From assembly GCA_964016885.1 (NCBI GenBank), contig OZ024741.1, forward strand, positions 342,240,001 to 342,304,000: 64,000 bases of DNA, written 5' to 3'. The notes under the pieces were generated by a model, which saw only the letters and a program-made list of their open reading frames with translations, was not told where the DNA came from and made no database searches. This DNA is from Eledone cirrhosa (lineage: Eukaryota). Shown here one piece after another: positions 59,201-64,000 of this stretch (position 1 is its first letter; each line of letters begins with the position of its first letter). Position numbers and translations under genes: made by a program.

Positions 59201-62200
59201 AGACATAAGCAGACAGGCACATAGACATAAGCAGACAGACACACAGACATAAGCAGACAGACACACAGACATAAGCAGACACACACACAGACATAAGCAG
59301 ACAGGCACACAGATATAAGCAGACAGGCACACAGACATAAGCAGTCACACACACAGACATAAGCAGACACACACAGACATAAGCAGACAGGCACACAGAC
59401 ATAAGCAGACAGGCACACAGACATAAGCAGACAGGCACACAGACATAAGCAGACAGGCACACAGACATAAGCAGACACACACACAGACATAAGCAGACAG
59501 ACATACAGACATAAGCAGACAGGCACACAGACATAAGAAGACAGACACACAGACATAAGCAGACAGGCACACAGACATAAGCAGACACACACACAGACAT
59601 GAGCAGACAGACACACAGATATAAGCAGACAGGCACACAGCCATAAGCAGACAGGAACATAGACATAAGCAGACAGACACACAGACATAAGCAGACAGGC
59701 ACACAGACATAAGCAGACAGGCACACAGCCATAAGCAGACAGGCACATAGACATAAGCAGACAGACACACAGACATAAGCAGACAGACACACGGACATAA
59801 GCAGACAGACACATAGACATAAGCAGACAGGCACATAGACATAAGCAGACAGGCACATAGACATAAGCAGACAGACACACAGACATAAGCAGACAGACAC
59901 ACAGACATAAGCAGACACACACACAGACATAAGCAGACAGGCACACAGACATAAGCAGACACACACACAGATATAAGCAGACAGGCACACAGACATAAGC
60001 AGACAGGCACACAGACATAAGCAGACAGACACACAGACATAAGCAGACAGACACACAGACATAAGCAGACAAACACACAGACATAAGCAGACAGACACAC
60101 AGACATAAGCAGACAGACACACAGACATAAGCAGACACACACACAGACATAAGCAGACAGACACACACAGACATAAGCAGACAGACACACAGACATAAGC
60201 AGACAGACACACAGACATAAGCAGACAGACACATAGACATAAGCAGACAGTCACATAGACATAAGCAGACAGACACATAGACATAAGCAGACAGGCACAC
60301 AGACATAAGCAGACAGACACACAGACATAAGCAGACAGACACACAGACATAAGCAGACAGACACACAGACATAAGCAGACAGACACACAGACATAAGCAG
60401 ACAGACATAAGCAGACAGACACACAGACATAAGCAGACAGACACACAGACATAAGCAGACAGACATAAGCAGACAGACACACAGACATAAGCAGACAGAC
60501 ACACAGACATAAGCAGACAGGCACACAGACATAAGCAGACAGGCACACAGACATAAGCAGACAGGCACACAGACATAAGCAGACAGACACATAGACATAA
60601 GCAGACAGGCACATAGACATAAGCAGACAGGCACACAGACATAAGCAGACAGACACACAGACATAAGCAGACAGGCACACAGACATAAGCAGATAGACAC
60701 ACAGACATAAGCAGACAGGCACATAGACATAAGCAGACAGACACACAGACATAAGCAGACAGACACACAGACATAAGCAGACACACACACAGACATAAGT
60801 AGACAGGCACACAGACATAAGCAGACAGGCACACAGATATAAGCAGACAGGCACACAGACATAAGCAGTCACACACACAGACATAAGCAGATACACACAG
60901 ACATAAGCAGACACACACAGACATAAGCAGACAGGCACACAGACATAAGCAGACAGGCACACAGACATAAGCAGACAGGCACACAGACATAAGCAGACAG
61001 ACACACAGACATAAGAAGACAGACACACAGACATAAGCAGACAGGCACACAGTCATAAGCAGACACACACACAGACATGAGCAGACAGACACACAGACAT
61101 AAGCAGACACACACACAGACATAAGCAGACAGACACACAGACATAAGCAGACAGGCACACAGACATAAGCAGACAGACACATAGACATAAGCAGACAGGC
61201 ACACAGCCATAAGCAGACAGGCACACAGACATAAGCAGACAGACACACAGACATAAGCAGACAGACACACAGACATAAGCAGACAGACACACAGACATAA
61301 GCAGACAGGCACACAGACATAAGCAGACAGGCACGCAGACATAAGCAGACAGACACACAGACATAAGCAGACAGCCACACAGACATAAGCAGACAGACAC
61401 ACAGACATAAGCAGACAGACACACAGACATAAGCAGACAGGCACACAGACATAAGCAGACAGGCACACAGACATAAGCAGACAGACACACAGACATAAGC
61501 AGACAGACACACAGACATAAGCAGACAGGCACACAGACATAAGCAGACAGGCACACAGACATAAGCAGACAGACACACAGACATAAGCAGACAGACACAC
61601 AGACATAAGCAGACAGGCACACAGACATAAGCAGACAGACACACAGACATAAGCAGACAGACACACAGCCATAAGCAGACAGGCACACAGACATAAGCAG
61701 ACAGACACACAGACATAAGCAGACAGACACACAGAGATAAGCAGACAGACACACAGACATAAGCAGACAGACACACAGACATAAGCAGACAGACACATAG
61801 ACATAAGCAGACAGACACATAGACATAAGCAGACAGACACATAGACATAAGCAGACAGACACACAGACATAAGCAGACAGGCACACAGACATAAGCAGAC
61901 AGACACACAGACATAAGCAGACAGGCACACAGAGAGGCACGCAGACATAAGCAGACAGACATACAGACATAAGCAGACAGACACACAGACATAAGCAGAC
62001 AGGCACATAGACATAAGCAGACAGGCACACAGACATAAGCAGACAGACACACAGACATAAGCAGACAGACACACAGACATAAGCAGACAGGCACACAGAC
62101 ATAAGCAGACAGACATACAGACATAAGCAGACAGGCACACAGCCATAAGCAGACAGGCACATAGACATAAGCAGACAGACATACAGACATAAGCAGACAG

Positions 62201-64000
62201 ACACACAGACATAAGCAGACAGGCACACAGACATAAGCAGACAGGCACACAGACATAAGCAGTCCCACACACAGACATAAGCAGACAGACACACAGACAT
62301 AAGCAGACAGGCACACAGACATAAGCAGACAGGCACATAGACATAAGCAGACAGACACACAGACATAAGCAGACAGACATACAGACATAAGCAGACAGGC
62401 ACACAGCCATAAGCAGACAGGCACATAGACATAAGCAGACAGACATACAGACATAAGCAGACAGACACACAGACATAAGCAGACAGGCACACAGACATAA
62501 GCAGACAGGCACACAGACATAAGCAGTCACACACACAGACATAAGCAGACAGACACACAGACATAAGCAGACAGGCACACAGACATAAGCAGACAGGCAC
62601 ATAGACATAAGCAGACAGACACACAGACATAAGCAGACAGACATACAGACATAAGCAGACAGGCACACAGCCATAAGCAGACAGGCACATAGACATAAGC
62701 AGACAGACATACAGACATAAGCAGACAGACACACAGACATAAGCAGACAGGCACACAGACATAAGCAGACAGGCACACAGACATAAGCAGTCACACACAC
62801 AGACATAAGCAGACACACACACAGACATAAGCAGACACGCACACAGACATAAGCAGACAGACACACAGACATAAGCAGACAGACACACAGACATAAGCAG
62901 ACAGGCACACAGACATAAGCAGACACACACACAGACATGAGCAGACAGACACACAGATATAAGCAGACAGGCACACAGCCATAAGCAGACAGGAACATAG
63001 ACATAAGCAGACAGACACACAGACATAAGCAGACAGGCACACAGACATAAGCAGACAGGCACACAGCCATAAGCAGACAGGCACATAGACATAAGCAGAC
63101 AGACACACAGACATAAGCAGACAGACACACGGACATAAGCAGACAGACACATAGACATAAGCAGACAGGCACATAGACATAAGCAGACAGGCACATAGAC
63201 ATAAGCAGACAGACACACAGACATAAGCAGACAGACACACAGACATAAGCAGACACACACAGAGACATAAGCAGACAGGCACACAGACATAAGCAGACAC
63301 ACACACAGATATAAGCAGACAGGCACACAGACATAAGCAGACAGGCACACAGACATAAGCAGACAGACACACAGACATAAGCAGACAGACACACAGACAT
63401 AAGCAGACAAACACACAGACATAAGCAGACAGACACACAGACATAAGCAGACAGACACACAGACATAAGCAGACACACACACAGACATAAGCAGACAGAC
63501 ACACACAGACATAAGCAGACAGACACACAGACATAAGCAGACAGACACACAGACATAAGCAGACAGACACACAGACATAAGCAGACAGTCACATAGACAT
63601 AAGCAGACAGACACATAGACATAAGCAGACAGGCACACAGACATAAGCAGACAGACACACAGACATAAGCAGACAGACACACAGACATAAGCAGACAGAC
63701 ACACAGACATAAGCAGACAGACATAAGCAGACAGACACACAGACATAAGCAGACAGACACACAGACATAAGCAGACAGACACACAGACATAAGCAGACAG
63801 ACATAAGCAGACAGACACACAGACATAAGCAGACAGACACACAGACATAAGCAGACAGGCACACAGACATAAGCAGACAGGCACACAGACATAAGCAGAC
63901 AGGCACACAGACATAAGCAGACAGACACATAGACATAAGCAGACAGGCACATAGACATAAGCAGACAGGCACACAGACATAAGCAGACAGACACACAGAC
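50260..64000. repeat. 22-bp satellite (ACAGACATAAGCAGACAGRCAC), roughly 600 copies, intronic, runs off the window
   Basis: Direct reading; 22-aa periodicity of the minus-strand pseudo-ORFs. Confidence 0.98.

Noticed and set aside
50252-63996. Long minus-strand Cys/Val/Leu-rich ORFs up to 1359 aa
   Set aside because: All three frames give the same 22-aa cycle from the 22-bp satellite; artefact

Overview
Eukaryotic, AT-rich, repeat-dense animal DNA. The SINE/LINE repertoire and giant (TA)n/(TG)n tracts suggest a cephalopod (octopus-like) genome; this is an inference. The window holds the 5' part of a + strand spliced l(3)mbt/L3MBTL-family gene: nine coding exons from 26993 to 49103, all splice phases consistent, 878 codons, reaching MBT repeat 1 and the start of repeat 2; the gene runs out of the window across a >13 kb 22-bp satellite. 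Upstream, an almost complete, open-frame RTE-clade LINE (APE endonuclease + RT with a PHD finger inserted after the RT core) sits inside a ~9 kb compound microsatellite. Three 5'-truncated copies of this LINE lie in the gene's introns, arranged as an inverted pair and a direct pair. Also present: tRNA-derived SINEs (one family sharing the LINE 3' tail), Tigger-, piggyBac- and hAT-like MITEs, foldback palindromes, minisatellites, and two minus-strand minimal hammerhead ribozyme motifs, one in the loop of a 170-bp palindrome. Most long ORFs in the track are repeat artefacts.
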